Below the pieces are notes generated by a model, which worked only from the letters and a program-made list of their open reading frames with translations, was not told where the DNA came from and did no database searches. A DNA stretch of 64,000 nucleotides from Callorhinchus milii (taxonomy: Eukaryota). Positions 25,946 to 40,019 of this stretch are shown here, piece by piece. A program made the position numbers and the translations under genes. The stretch lies in NCBI RefSeq assembly GCF_018977255.1, contig NW_024704743.1, forward strand, positions 51,586,001 through 51,650,000. The letters are read 5' to 3'. Numbering within the stretch: the stretch's first letter is position 1; each line of letters opens with the position of its first letter.

Positions 25946-28149
25946 CAACACACTTTATAGACTAGTGGTTGGAGAAGTCAAGTACTCTGACACAATCATC
26001 AAAAACACCATCTTCACCAGGCTTGAGGACCTCCTAATCTCAGTCTGAGAACAGTTATCCAGCTATCAGGAACAGCTGAAAGGATCTGCTCAAGAACGAG
26101 AAGGTCACATGTAGAAACATAATTGAAATACTCAGTATTCCTTCTCCCCACAGGACACACACTAAAAGTTCATCATATTAATTATCCCTTGAGTTGAAAT
26201 GTCTTAAATAAACTCTAGGGTTTCCTCTCTACAAGCTGATCTTTCTTACACCAAAGAATGGAACCAAAAAGGATTATTACACACAGATCTATGTCTAATA
26301 ATTAACCTAGAAGATTATTGCATCCTCAGAAAAAAGAACTCTAAGGGGAGACTATGCAGGCATGTCAAGGATTAATGGAAACATTTGACAGAGAAATATG
26401 TGAGGCAGATTTCAACCATTCACATTCCAGCAACTTGCAAAGATTAACACAATCTTTGTCACACAAGCAGGACACTCAAGTTACTTTAAGGGAATGTACA
26501 GAAAGCTCCTAATGAATCACCTTCACTTTGCCAGATTCCTATCTGAGGGCATTTTTGTTCTTGTTTCTTAATTTCATCACAGTTCTATCCAAGATAAACA
26601 AATCCTTATGGTTTTCACTTTCTGGGAAAATACATTGGAACAACAGTTCAAGATTTAACAGAAGCGTAATGCTTAAATCCCAGAATTAGTCTTTTTCACT
26701 GTATACTGGAATTGTAAGGTCCACACAGGCTAGTAACTCACATGTACTAAATACTACTTCTGTACTTCACCATTAAAGAAAGGGCACAACATTTTGCAAA
26801 TCATCAACTAAACCATACTATGAAGCAAACAGCAGCATGATTGGTTTTGTGTTCAGATCTGGCCACCTTCGAGCATTAGTTGTTTATTATAATAAAACAA
26901 AACACTGCAAAGGGAATTTAGCATAAAGAGAAACAGGCCTGCTTCTGCTTACAGCCTTTGTGAATGGGAAACCCAGTGAATAATGTGCAATCATTTATAT
27001 CTGCTGATTTTGAGCCCTCACATTACCATAAACCATAAAAATGCATCTAAAGCTCATTTGCCCCAGAGGTTTAAACATACAAGACCAAATTAACAAAAAA
27101 TGTCTTCCAATATTTAACAAATACCAATACTTATTGTAAAATACTGTAGTACAAAAAAACAACCAAATGCTCTGGAGTGTTAGCAATTGAAACACTTCTT
27201 TAAATGCTCTGATTATTCCTATTTGTGTCATTAATTCCAAGAAGGTGATAGAGAGACAATTGTTAAGAATTGTGAAGAAAACAATTGAAGGGTATGAAAG
27301 ATAGAGGATTCTCTATTTGTAGTTTGGGTTTGAACAAATAAATTATAATGATCTCTTCAGAACATAGTACCATAGAAATTTACAGCACAGAAGAAGGCTA
27401 TTTGGTCCATCATGTCTGTGCCAGCTCCTTTTAGAGCAATCTTTTCAGTCACATTTATCTGCTGTTTCCTCAAACTCCTGTGGTTGACTAATTTTAAACT
27501 ATTTATATTTATACTACAGAACTAACACTATAGGTACAACACACAGTTCTGATCAAAGCAACATGAGGCCTACAAGGCTCCAGAGGCAGTTCAGAAAAGT
27601 GGATGATTCCTAGTGATGGCCACCAAAGTCACTTCATGCTCACTGCATATGTGGAGATTTGCCACTTTGACATTAAAAATGGAAGATATCCAGGTCATCA
27701 TATCACTGCCAATATGTGTATTACGTATATACAAACCACAGGAAGTGATGTTGGTCGGAACCTGATGATCCAGAAGTTACTACTTTGTTTTTAGAATGGG
27801 AACGAGCTGACAAGCTGTACAAATATAAAATAAATGGGACTCTATGGACCTCAACCACCTCCTCATAGAAAGGTTCTAATAGTGTTTGAATGGTAACTGC
27901 GTGGCATGCCACAAGGATCTTCCAAATCATTGGGACTGAGAATAATGTCTACACTACCTAGCTTCCCTTGGATGACTGCAACATGAGCCTCCAAGCGAGT
28001 TTCCTCAGCCCCTGGGAGCCCCTTGCTTACTTTTCCCACCAAGACGTTATTTTTAGACATGGTACTCATTTTATTGACCTCAAAATGGTGAAGGACTGAG
28101 CATATCCATCGGGATTCAAGCATTGAACCTTCCAATCCCTCGTTTCTGA

Positions 28150-29400
28150 TACTTGAGATGTTATCCTGCCCATTTTGAAAAGAGCTAATTGACATCCCAT
28201 GACTAGTTTTCCAGGCTAATCTATTCCACATGTTGGCTACCTTTTATGGGAGGCAGAATATGTATTTTTAAACATCATTTTTTTTTAAGCCTGGAAAATT
28301 TGAATTTGTGTTTTCTAGTTCTGTAAAGTTATTACAGGTAAAATCATTATTGTAACCACGTTGTCTTGTCTTGCATGGTTTAAACAACCTGGATCTATTC
28401 ACTTTTCCGTCTTCTTTGCTTGATGAAATAAAAGTAACTTCAATTGTGTCCCTCTCATACCTTTTAAGTGCCAAATTTTTCCTTATCACTCTCTTGCCAG
28501 CTTTGTGTAGCAGTCAAATGTTATTCACAGGAACTCAATAGTTGCTCAGCTTTGTTTAGAAAAGCTTCATCTAAATTAGATACTTTTAAAACCGATCTTA
28601 AATTTGATAGACAAATCGATTTACACTTTGCTGCTCATGCCTCTAGAAATCCGTCCAATGTGCATATGCTTTGGGTTTCTTCAGCAATTTCCATTACCTT
28701 ATACTGACCCATATTAAAAGGTATTTGCCATTCCTAAACCCATTCACTCAATTTATTATCCAGACCCCAACGCAAATGTTCACTCTCCCCTGCATTGGTT
28801 ATCACACCATAAGGTCTGGTGTTGTCAATACACTGATAATATCACTGGAAACTCTTCCATATCAGTCATAAAAAGTGCAAACATATGGGATCCAGAGGGA
28901 AAATATGCAAAACTTCAACAGATTCTGGCTCCTGAAGAAAGTTTAATTCATTTATCAACATCTTCTGTTTCCTATTGTCAAGCCAGTTTCCGTTCTAGCT
29001 AGCTTATTTTCATTAATTATGATGGTTTTTATCTTCTTTAAAAGCTTTGTATGAAAAACTGCTGAAAATCCAGGCAAATTATTGCCCACTACTAGTTTTC
29101 ATCTACTAATTTAGTAAAGTCCTCAAAAACATTCCAGTGATTTCTGGTGCATGATCTACTGCCCGTATAAGCATTTTCACTACCCTTAAAGGTCTATATG
29201 CTCTTAAACACTGACAGTGTCCCATGAAATGCTCTTGAGCAGATTCCTACTTATGGGAACTGGCCTCCAATTTCACCAATTCCATTTCCTGATTCTCCAA
29301 TAATATTCCTATCTAGCTTCCTCTTTAAGGACCTAATCTGTCCTTTTAACACTCTACTCACTTGAAAAATAGATAACATTTTCTTTTGATCTTTCTTGCT
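28150..29400 (-). mobile_element. Old, heavily degraded CR1 RT region
   Basis: Reverse complement retains traces of FEDFTK.VD, LDFQ..F, KTR..GY and ANMWNRL motifs in the expected order. Confidence 0.7.
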
Positions 29401-29659
29401 ATCTTCAACACATGGGCTTTTTGTTGTTATCCTAACCCTGTTCATATTTATTTCAGTCATCAACACTTGATTTTTTGGGGGTAACCTCTAGTCATGTTTT
29501 TTATTCTTCACATATTCTTCATCAAGAAATTCTTATCTTTTAAATTAACTTTTATATTGTCTTCTTATTTCTCTCCGTTTTCTCCTGTTTGTTTCCCTTT
29601 GAATGGTTTCATTAGAGGCATGACAATGAGAAGGAAACAGGTTAGACTGAAGGAGTGTT

Positions 29660-29960
29660 TATAATAATAATCCTTGTATTTGATATTGCGCCTTATCACG
29701 TCGTTGAGACGTCTCAAAGCCCTTCACAGAATAAACTTTGATTACTCTCTGTGTAAAGAAAAACTTCCGAATATCTGCCACAAAATTGCCTTTTGCAACT
29801 CCAAACCTATGTCCTTTTGTTCTATTGTCTTGGAGCATCCTAAACTTTTGTTCTGGGTTTACTTTTTCAATCCCATTGAATATGTTAATACACATCAATT
29901 AGGTTCCCTCTGAGTCATCTTCTCTCAAGACTGCTCATAGCTTATTCCTCAAACACTGGG
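29660..29960 (-). mobile_element. SINE A tail adjacent to CR1 3' fragment
   Basis: ORF 29659-29898 reads NRTKGHRFGVAKG..RKFFFTQRVI and runs into the SINE tail. Confidence 0.8.
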
Positions 29961-29994
29961 GCCAACCTTGTTACTTTCCTCCGCACTTGCATGA

Positions 29995-30370
29995 AGCAGT
30001 AAATGATATAGATCAGAAGGTCACAGCTTTGAATCCAAGTCCCTACTGGGGTAGCTGATCTCTGCTTGTACAGCAGTAGGGAAGCTACAATTGGTCTCAG
30101 TCCCTTTAGATTATGAAAGGAAAAACATCTGCAAAGATCCTCATTATTGTTTGCTGTACACTCTCCTCTATTGGAAAGTGCTTGTGGTAGGAAATTACAT
30201 AAAACCAGGATTGGGTTGAGCTATGATGTTTGTAGGATCAAATAGCACGCTATTATTCACTGCCGAGGCTCACACATCAAAAATCATAACTCAAACAAGC
30301 TACTGCAGGACTGTCTGAATCCATGAAACTGTACCTTAATAAGTTAGTGCCATCTGAAGAAGGGAGTCCA
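29995..30370 (+). mobile_element. Old SINE-like family B
   Basis: cagaaggtcacag, tagctgatctc, ctacaattggtctcagt, ggaaagtg, aggctcacacat motifs. Confidence 0.7.
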
Positions 30371-31879
30371 ATGGGACTGAAAGGATTACTCTTTAAAAGA
30401 CACAGCACAGAATGAATGGTCCTAATGGCCTTATCCTGTGCTGTAAATTTCTATGGTTCTAATCACTTTTCAAATCTGGAGATAAGAGCAATAAGAATTA
30501 TTTTCTAATCTTCTGTAAATTTCCTGACATTAGCAGAGTGAGCACATCATGTGAAAAAAAATCTTCTTTTAATTTAATAGACTTACTGACAAGTGAAGGA
30601 TCGTCCACTTTAGCTTTTCACATTATTATAAACCCAAATGTGCCTATCAGAACATCAAAATATGTGCGTGTTTATTTTGATCAAAATGAAGCACTTCCAT
30701 TAACTAAAAAAAAACACTTAATTCCCCAAATCTGTGTGGCACCAACATTTGTCAAGGCCTCCCAGTGTAGCACTCTGCACTCTAATCTGCACATTGTCAA
30801 AGTACCGGTTCCAAGCTGTGCTCAATCAGTCAGCTCTGTACCAGCCAGGAGGAACTCTGTGCTGGGGTCAAGCTGGTTGACCTATGCCAGCAGAATAGCA
30901 AAACTAGTAACTGTAACATCCAGGCAACATTTTTCAAACTGTAACTGAAATGTACTGCAGAGACAGATACTCTCTTCAAAACACCCTAAGGACTCCACCT
31001 TTTCAACCAAATTGAAGCTTTTCCCATGAATGTAAACTTTCTGTTTTTTCCACCATGGGTTGAAATTGCAACATGTGAATGTGATCACAATATCACGCTG
31101 TTGAAAATTGCGGATAAAACATTCAATGACAAAATACGGGCTACGTGTGCAAGCTCCCCAACTCTAGCATTAACGGTCTGGCCCCAAACCAGCTTGAATT
31201 TACTGGCAGCCACCAATGGAGATGCCGAATATATTTCAGTATGCTTCATGGAACGCTGACTGAACTGAACACTAATATATAAGATAAGAGCTTGGGCTCC
31301 CAGTCAGCTGTGTAAAGCGCATTTAAGACATTTTCTTGATGTGAGAGGCGCTATGTGAATGTAAATTGTTGTTACCGTTGGAAAGATAAAGAATACGAAT
31401 AGGAGAGGAAAAAAAGAAGGGATGAATTAAATTATTTAATTGTTTTTATTTTACATCACAAATATTTTTGATTGTGTTTTTCTTGATCAGTTTTACAGTA
31501 TAAAATGTTACTCCTGGTGAGTTAAGTAATTTATTTTGGCAGTTGATCCAGAAGACGGGGAGTTTCTCTAGGCCAGTTGGCAGCCTAGGGGTTAAACATA
31601 TGTGAATGTCTACTTATGTACTAATGCAAGGCACATGCACATTATTAATCTGCAAAATGTGCGTTTATTGTAATCACAGCAAATTGCCAGACTATAAGTG
31701 CTGAGTAGGCACACAAATTACTGTAGAGGATAAACATTTCACTCAAGTTTAAAAAATAAATAAATCAATATCTAATGTACAATATCACTTAGAGTACAAA
31801 ATAATTTATCAAACACTGAATCACAGTATATGTGCTTCTATGTATATATAACATTTTAGAACATCAGAATTTAGCAAAT

Positions 31880-32100
31880 TAATAATAATACTCCTTGCAT
31901 TTGATATAGTGGCTTAATATGTCATTGAGACATCTCAAAACACTTCAAAGGATATATTCTAAATAATAATAATTATTATTGTTATTATAATAATATAATA
32001 TAATAAAATGTAGTGACTATGTGTTTTGTAGACGAATGCAGCACCCAATTTCTGAACAGCAATCTGCCACAAAAGCCATGGAGTGAGTATCCAATTTTAT
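31880..32100 (-). mobile_element. SINE 3' half interrupted by an (AAT)n/(ATT)n tract
   Basis: Tail ccttgcatttgatatag and body motifs on the minus strand. Confidence 0.7.
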
Positions 32101-32624
32101 GTTAGTGAAAGAAGGGATCAGGCATTTCTTCTGGACTCCCTAACTTGAGACTCAATATCTAGTGTCACACATGTGCAATAGTCACTTGGCCGAGGTACTC
32201 CAGGGCGGCCTGACTCTATGTAACCAAACCGCAGCAAATATCAACACTTTCAGAATGGAAGGGAGAAAATTGGTAGGGGGAAAAATATAGAATTTCTTAA
32301 AATAAGTGGTAAAATGCATAACTAGGACCAGATGTAGCTCCAATTGATTATAATGTAGGTAGTAATTTATGAAATACAAACTTTAAAGTGCTGAAATCCG
32401 CAGCCTTACAATGCAAACTATTACTTTCTAGTAAACAATCTTCAGGCAGGATTGTGGACCCCTCAGTCGCCCAACTCAGAGTTGCACAGCTGTATTTGTC
32501 ACAATACAAAAGGGGTCAAAGTAGCTGTGATAACACGTGTTTACTTTGTCGAAAGGACGTAAGTTTTACAAACACTTCAACATAAGTACGAATTGAGATT
32601 GTTTGTGAGTCTGTGCATTGCATA

Positions 32625-32755
32625 CCATCTCCCCACCCCCCAGCCCCTGGCCCCACACCCCCCAGCTTGGGTGCCCATGCAGCATTGTGAAGTGCTTTGA
32701 GACTTCTCCTCAATGCGAAAGGTGCCATATAAATGTAAATTGTATTGTATTGCTG
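32625..32755 (+). mobile_element. L2 3' tail
   Basis: C-rich UTR, gtgaagtgctttgagacttctcctcaatgcgaaaggtgc, (attgt)n. Confidence 0.8.
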
Positions 32756-33129
32756 CAACATTTGAATTCAAGTTGCTTCTCACAGATTCAGATGTGAAAT
32801 AATGACTCCAACACACTCGGTTGAGTAGGATGGCAAAGGTCCATCTAACTAGGATGATTATTTATAAATTTCCTATTTTATTTATTTATATATATATAAA
32901 ACTCAGCCCCTGACTGAGTATGCTCTGAAATTGTAGCTTCTTGGAAGTTCACTGTTCTTTTCAAAATAGAATGTATTGGACTAAAGCAGCCTGCCGGACT
33001 TGATCGTGTCTGATTTTGTAAAGATGAAATCTAAACAGAAATTGATGTTTTAAGGGGATTTTCAAAATCCTAACTATTTATAAGGTTATGTAACATTGAT
33101 ACTCATCTAATGTTATCCCTTCCCTGTGA

Positions 33130-33935
33130 AGAATCAAAGTGCAGTAAATAATGAATGGAAGAGGGGTTTATATTTACTGCTGCTCCATCGAAAATAACCT
33201 ACACAGCAAACACAACTTGAGCCTGAAAAAAATATATTTTGAAGCTCCCACGTAAGCAGCAAGCAGACAGGCCTCACATCTATCAGCAGATTATAAAGGG
33301 GAAGGGAAAAAAATGACTGCATTGCAAATGTCCGATACACGCTGTCCGCCAGATAAATCTGCACTACAGCTAAGAAGAAGCAAATCTGCGATAGAGAATA
33401 TTAATTTTGCAAAAGATAAGCTTGACATTGTGAGCTGCAGTTCGGATTCAAGCAGCGTGGAAGTGCTAAGAAGACATATCATGCTGAGCCTTGTTTTGCT
33501 GACTTCTTCCTTTCTGATCAGTTCTAGGATAGGGCAGCAAAAGACATTTCCCGCTGCAGAGTAATAAGATCTACAGTTATCACCTACAGCCCTGGGCCCA
33601 AAGAGAAAGGAAATTGGAAAGCCCACAGAAGGCTTGCAGTAATTAATCATCGTACCATGAAACCTGTCAAAACAGTTTCTGAAGCTGATATCACTGTCAA
33701 TTGCAGCCAGTGCCTCACCATCTGTAATTGTTTAAAGGAGCATACAGTGGGGCTGACAGACTTAAAACTTTATTTACATTTTTCAAGCCACGCGGTTTCT
33801 GAATAATTAAACAAACACTTAATTGGCAGGAATTTTTGTCACTTTTTAGCAGTTTCATGTAACGGCAGGAGAGAGGTGGAACTTTCTTTCTTAAAGCTGT
33901 CAAAACCTTCTTGTGCTGAAATAACTACATCTGTA
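33130..33935. promoter_or_regulatory. CNE-like putative developmental enhancer
   Basis: Repeat-free; four TGACAG/CTGTCA sites (33664, 33694, 33754, 33897), TAATTA at 33640 and 33804, forkhead-like TAAACAAACA at 33808. Confidence 0.45.
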
Positions 33936-34398
33936 AATAGTTCCCAGAAAATCAGGCTATTTTAGTATTAATGGTTACTGACAATATTAACAATAAAATT
34001 TTGAGTAACATAATTCAAAATAGTGAAGGTACAAATTAATCTGAAATATTCTGATTCTGGCTAATCCTAGTCTTGGAACATGCAGGACAAGAGGTTTTAT
34101 GATTCCACTTCTCGGGTCAAAAAACAACTCTAAAGATTTTCATCACATGCGAATGATCCATAATGCATGAGTTAACTTCCAGTTCCCTTAATGATATTTC
34201 AACTTATTGTCTGCTTGTGGTGACTTCAATATCACGTGATTGAAGAGGAGAATTAAATAAGCATTTGAAGAGAAACAAGTATTTGGAGCTGGTATCGACA
34301 TAGGCACGATGAGCTGAATGGCCTCTTTCAATGCTGTCATTTTTCTTGATTAAAAAATCTACTATTGTGAAAAAGCCCTATTATGTGAGACTGGTTAA

Positions 34399-34860
34399 AA
34401 CAACAACAAATTGCATTTACATAGAATCTTTTACGATGTCACAAGGCGTTGGGCAGCCAGGGGTTTGCATCCGAGCTGGTGGCTGGAATTAAGAGGGGTG
34501 GGAGCCAAGGGGGTTGTGGTGGGAGGATGACTGAAGATCGAGGCATCGAGGAAGGTCATGCGATGGGTCTTGAAGGAGGCAAGGGATTAGGCAAGGTGAA
34601 GGAATTCTGGGCTGGGGTTCCAAAGGGTGAGAGCAGAAAAGCTGAAGGCCTGCCGATGGTAGGTGAGTCGGGCAGGTGACATGGAAAAAGCCTGTGCCAT
34701 CCAAACAGAAGGAGTGAACAGGATGCAAGGAGTTAGTAGGTCGCAGAGCTAGGGATGAGCAAGACTGTGGAGGGCTTTGAAAGTGAGGACAAGGATCTCT
34801 GGGGGATCCTCTGGGGGATGTGGAGCCAGTGAAGCCAAGCGAGGATGGGGGTGATGAGTG
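34399..34860 (-). mobile_element. L2 LINE 3' part
   Basis: Reverse complement encodes ITPILAWLHWL and LVLTFKALH, with (ttg)n tail. Confidence 0.85.
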
Positions 34861-35298
34861 TGGTGTTACAGTAAACTGTTGTCCTATTTCTGTGCTAAGA
34901 CAATCACTGGCAACAGTAGCCCTGTAATTCCTCTACCACAGTATATCCAGTCCTTTCACTTCATCATTATGACGAGTCCCATTTTTCACTTATTGCAAAA
35001 ATATTTTCAAAAATATAATTTATTAAAAGCAAACAAACTTTGAAACCTAAACATCAGATCCTTGAACAGACTTTTTATCTATAATAACCATTAGTCACAC
35101 AGGCTCCAGCAAGAATATTTCCAGAAGGGCAGAGGATGCAATTAAATAAACCAAATGTGACCTTCTTTGTGAGTAAACCAGGGCTATATTGCTGTGTGAG
35201 TCACTCACAGTGCTGATATGGATCTTACTGTAATCTAACAAATTTCATTCTCACTAGGAACAGTTATTTCATGTCTTTAAAAGATTTGTTTTGAAAAG

Positions 35299-35361
35299 AA
35301 TCACGTTTTTTTCCATGTTATTTATCAAAAAATCACGTTTTTTTCCATGTTACTTATCAAA
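35299..35361. repeat. 32-bp tandem duplication
   Basis: aatcacgtttttttccatgtta(t/c)ttatcaaa present twice with one mismatch. Confidence 0.9.
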
Positions 35362-37874
35362 TAATCAAAACATTTACTTCCTATAAGAAGGTTCATGCAG
35401 AAAAAAATACTATTGAATATATGGGCACCGTAATCCAAAAATATCTTTTAATATTTGTCCTGATACATGTGTTTTGATGTGTGTGGGAGAGACAGTGATT
35501 CAGAACGGTTTGTGCTGATTGTCAACTTCATTCTGATTTCTGCAATGTGTAAAACTATTATTTTTTCCTCTTTGCTTTTATTGTCTTATTGTGTGGCCAT
35601 TTAAAATTCCATGCACAAAATAGAATAAAACATATATTAGTAACTCTTGAATGCATCACATTTTAACTCACTTTGTTGCTCTTTCCATTAAATAAAGAGA
35701 AAGCTAGAATCCCGTGAAAGTGTTTAATGCTTTAAAGACCCAGTGACCTATCCAAAGCCCTTAGGATTAGTCTGGAAACTGTGTGTGATTGAAAATTATT
35801 ATACCAACCTAATTAGCATAATGATTTCCCACCTCGTCTACTTCTTAGTTGTTAGCCATAAACTCCCAGAGGTCCTTAAGTATTTTAAGCTTGTTAATAA
35901 TCATTAAGCATGTGCAGTGAACTGGGTAGGAAAATGAACTCACCTGAGCCCAGAAAGTTTAACCCTTTTGCAGCCTGGCAGAAACTGGCTGTGTGCATCG
36001 ACCCATCTTAATGATCATTTAGCCACATCAGGTCCAGAATTTTAAACAGCACAGCTGAAATTCCAATAAGACATTTTTTTAAAGTGTAAAATACCCACTA
36101 GAACATCTGCAGTCTCTTGGGTTGCTTTCACTGAAAGATTTGCAATTTTAATCACAACATTAATAGGTTCAGTTTTCTGCGAATGGCCTAGTTGGCAAGA
36201 GGAGATTCACACATACACTGTTAGGTCATATTATTTCGGAAGGCTGCTTTTCTAGTGTCTCCAAAAAAATTGCAACATTGACAATATAATATAGAAATAC
36301 AGCAAACATCAAACCAGCATCTGAATGTAGAGAACTCAAAGTGCAAACAAAAAACAGGTATGTAAAGACATGCCCAAGACAAGCTTATTTATATATTATT
36401 TTCTTCAATATTTTTTTGTTCCAAAATACAAACTGAAGATCCTGTGGAAAGAAAGTTGAAAATTGAAAGTAATAGAAAATGTCACAAATGATCATGAACT
36501 GTGTCATATAAATTATCTTTTAAAAACCTTCAGCTTATCCCTTTATGGTAACAGCAGCTGGTATCTTAAGAGTACAAGAAGCAGTCCTCTGCACTCTAAT
36601 AGTCTTAATTATCTCTTTCTAAGCAAGATTGGATTAAATGAATTTTAATATCTTTTAGATGTGATGATTATTGGTGATATAAATATAATATCATTAAACC
36701 TACTAACCTCAGTTATTACCTTAAATAATTGAAAGAATGATAAAAAGCAGTGACCAGTATACTGCATTTTGCTAAGTGTGCAAAATTTAATTTTTAATGA
36801 CATTATAAATGAAACATTAACATAGAATCTGATTATAATTCACATTAACAACAAAAAGGAGAAAAATAAATGTATGCAGCATGGAATCTAAATATTTGCC
36901 TATGTCGCAGGTGCATTTCTGATGTGGTTGCAGCGATTACAATCTATAAGCAGCTTAATTCTGTGTTGACTAACATATTTTATAAATCTCTTTGTCCCTC
37001 CTAACAAATTAGAAGGTTGCTATTTACGTGCAGTACAAGTGTTTTTCTTTTAAAAAAAACAAGATCAAATTTCCAGATGTGTGGAGCTTAAGTACTTGTT
37101 AAGTGGTGCTTGAATGTTTTTGTGCTGTGAAAAAACCCCAGTCCATATCACAGGTTTTTATAGCGTCTGTTTCAGCTTGGCTGCAGTACAGAGGGTGCAC
37201 AGCAGTCAAACAGTAATACACTGTATTCAGCTTACTCTGTGAAATAGAAGGGGATGCTATGGACTGCAGTTCAGCTGAACTAAAAGGACCACCAAGGGGT
37301 GCCATTGTGAAAACACTGTCATGTGCATGCTTTCTTCCACCAACATTGGGCATGAACAGAGTATTGTCTCAGATGAGATAAATGTGCATAACGGTGTTTA
37401 TGCCATACTTTCAAATAATAGGATAAGTATTGTAATGACAAAAGCGCATAAGAGGGCAAAGCCTCTGCTACCACCTGTAGGTACAGATATCCTCCCCAGT
37501 GAACATGAATAACAATTGCAATGCTGTGGCCCTGAGGTTTCAAATGTATATAAATTCAAACAGCATCACTGCAAACAGTGTTGCTCTGGTGCATAAAATA
37601 TCATTGGACTGGAGCACAAAGAGTGACCATGAATGTTGATCACCATGGAAGAAGTCGGTCGATTTGTCTTGACCTAACAGCGCAACATGCACACTGGGTT
37701 AACATACCCAACCTGCAATTGATACCCAGTAACCTACATACAAATTTTGCAGGTTGTACTAACCATATGCAAATGTACAGAGGAAATGTATAATTAATAA
37801 CCAAAAATAGGAATTATGGTTTAGTGGCCAACCCCTTACATTAGTTGTTGATTACATAATTTATTTTATCTAGT

Positions 37875-38335
37875 GATTGAGAGGATACAGAGGATGGCAA
37901 CCAAAATGATTGAGGGGATAGAGGGACTCAACTACGAGGAGCGATTAAGTAAACTGGGCATGTTCATGCTGGAAAAGAGAAGGTTGAGGGGTTATATGTT
38001 TATGGTCATTAGGATTATAAGGGGCTAGATAATGTAGACCATAATAAGCTGGTTTATCTTGTACTGAACAGTATAACCAGAGGACGCGGACTGCGATTGA
38101 AGGGGGTAAATTCAGAACGAATCTACAGAAACACTACTCAGTAGAAAGTGGAAGCAGAAAGTGTTGATTCTGTCAAGAACAAATTAGGTAGATTTATATT
38201 AGGAAATATTATCTCGGGATACAATATATAGTTTGGGACACGACATGTGTATGCGAGTGCCTGGATGTGGGAGGTGAATTTGATGGACCTTGGTCTTCTT
38301 TTGCCTAGCAAACTCTTACGTTATTATATTCTTAG
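37875..38335 (+). mobile_element. CR1 3' part, same subfamily as 3203-4175
   Basis: IERIQRMATKMIEGIEGLNYEERLSKLGMFMLEKRRLRG; 3' UTR gatggaccttggtctt. Confidence 0.92.
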
Positions 38336-38654
38336 CTATATATGTGCTTGCAAACCCCTAATAATTTTCCACGTCAACAGAGCATCTGTACAGTATGAGC
38401 AGGACATTTGGGGGATCTAAACTTGAGTGGTTTATTTGCTGCCTCACATTGTTTTGATGAGTCAACTAACATCATTCAGTCTCATAGGCTGCAATATGGC
38501 ACAACACCAGCATAAAACATCAGCAAATTACAGGAGTGAATTATTACTTTCAACTTTTATTACTTTCTTATAGTGTATACAATCATTTTACGGAAATGCT
38601 TGTATCAGTTTCCTTCAGTGGTTCACTTGGAAAAAAGTAGCTGAATTTGTGCCA

Positions 38655-38970
38655 TACAGACCTGCAGCTCTCAGTCAGTGATGAGTTAGCACACTTCAGC
38701 TGGGGTAGCAGTTGAGGTGTTAAAATTTGTCTCAAAACGCCTGGGTCAGGCATGGAATAAAATATCCAACAGACATCTTGGCCAACAAATTCCCCAAATA
38801 AAATTGGTCATTCAGTCCATGGCTGTTTGTGGAACTTTGCTGTGTGCAAACTGGCTTCCACGTTTCACCCACAAAATACCCAGTCAATTCACTTTACAGT
38901 ATATCCTATGAAGCGCTTTCAGATATCTCAATAAGGTGCTATATCAAATGCAGGATTATTATTGTTATTA
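38655..38970 (+). mobile_element. SINE B fragment followed by DeuSINE 3' half
   Basis: gagttagc..tcagctggggtagcag, then ttggccaacaaattcccc..aaaattggtcatt...tail. Confidence 0.7.
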
Positions 38971-40019
38971 TGCAGGGCTGAAACTCCTACCAGCTAACCA
39001 ATGACTCGATGGAAAGTGCAAATCTATAGGTAGTTTGGTTGAGGACGGGATAATTTGCTCCACATTTTCAAATAACCTGCCAACACTCACTGTGTCATTG
39101 CGCACATGGAGGATGGCCACTTGGACAATATACCAGAAGGTGGTCAGTAACCCACAAGTGTCGGAGGAAATGTTTCCCAATATTTTGCCCACAAAACACA
39201 CAGTCAATCCACTTTACAGTATATCCTGTGAAGCCCTTTGAAACGTCTCGGGGACATGATAAACCGCTATATCAAATGCAAGAATTATTATTATAATGTT
39301 CACAGCATCTATTTGATTATAATGGGATTATTTTTGAACTTTTCTACTGAATGCTTTCGGTGGGTCACATTCTACGTGCTTCATTTCTTCAAATGTTATA
39401 ATGGCCTCTGTGCATATTATTGAGCTGGTGCCAATGTTAAGTAGAGGTGGTTATGGATAGGTACTTAGGATGGGATGTTGCTCCTGGGCTTTTGGGGAGC
39501 CAGTAGGTTTCCTCTGATTCTGTAAGGAGATCAAAAGAACCAATATGAGTCATCAAAGTGCACATGCCCTTTGGAATGCAACATGGCACAACTATAATAC
39601 CCTGGTAATAATGTACACTTTCCCTGCATCCATATCAATGGTATTGGCAATCAGTCATTATTTAATTTCAGGTATCATGTAATTCTAATTATGAGACAAA
39701 GTGTAACTCAAGCAAGTTACTAACTCAAGCCAGTTGTACTTCACTCATACAGGTTAGAAAAATATTTCATTGACTGAGCACTATGTTTACTCTGTATATT
39801 TTGCCCACAAAATATACAGTCAATTCACTTTACGGTATATTCTGTGAAGCTTTGAGCTTTCTTTAAGACATCTCAAAAACGTGATAAGGCGCTATATCAA
39901 ATGCAAAGATTATTATTATTTTGATGCCTCTTTGCATTCAATTTCACTTTTAAAAATAAAAAGTAAGACAATCTAATCAGTTAAAATACTTGTGTTTCTA
40001 TAATATCCCCAATCTTGTG

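Noticed and set aside
33291..33650. Overlapping ORFs of 119 aa and 83 aa in a unique region
   Set aside because: No recognisable domain or convincing splice boundaries; better explained as non-coding.
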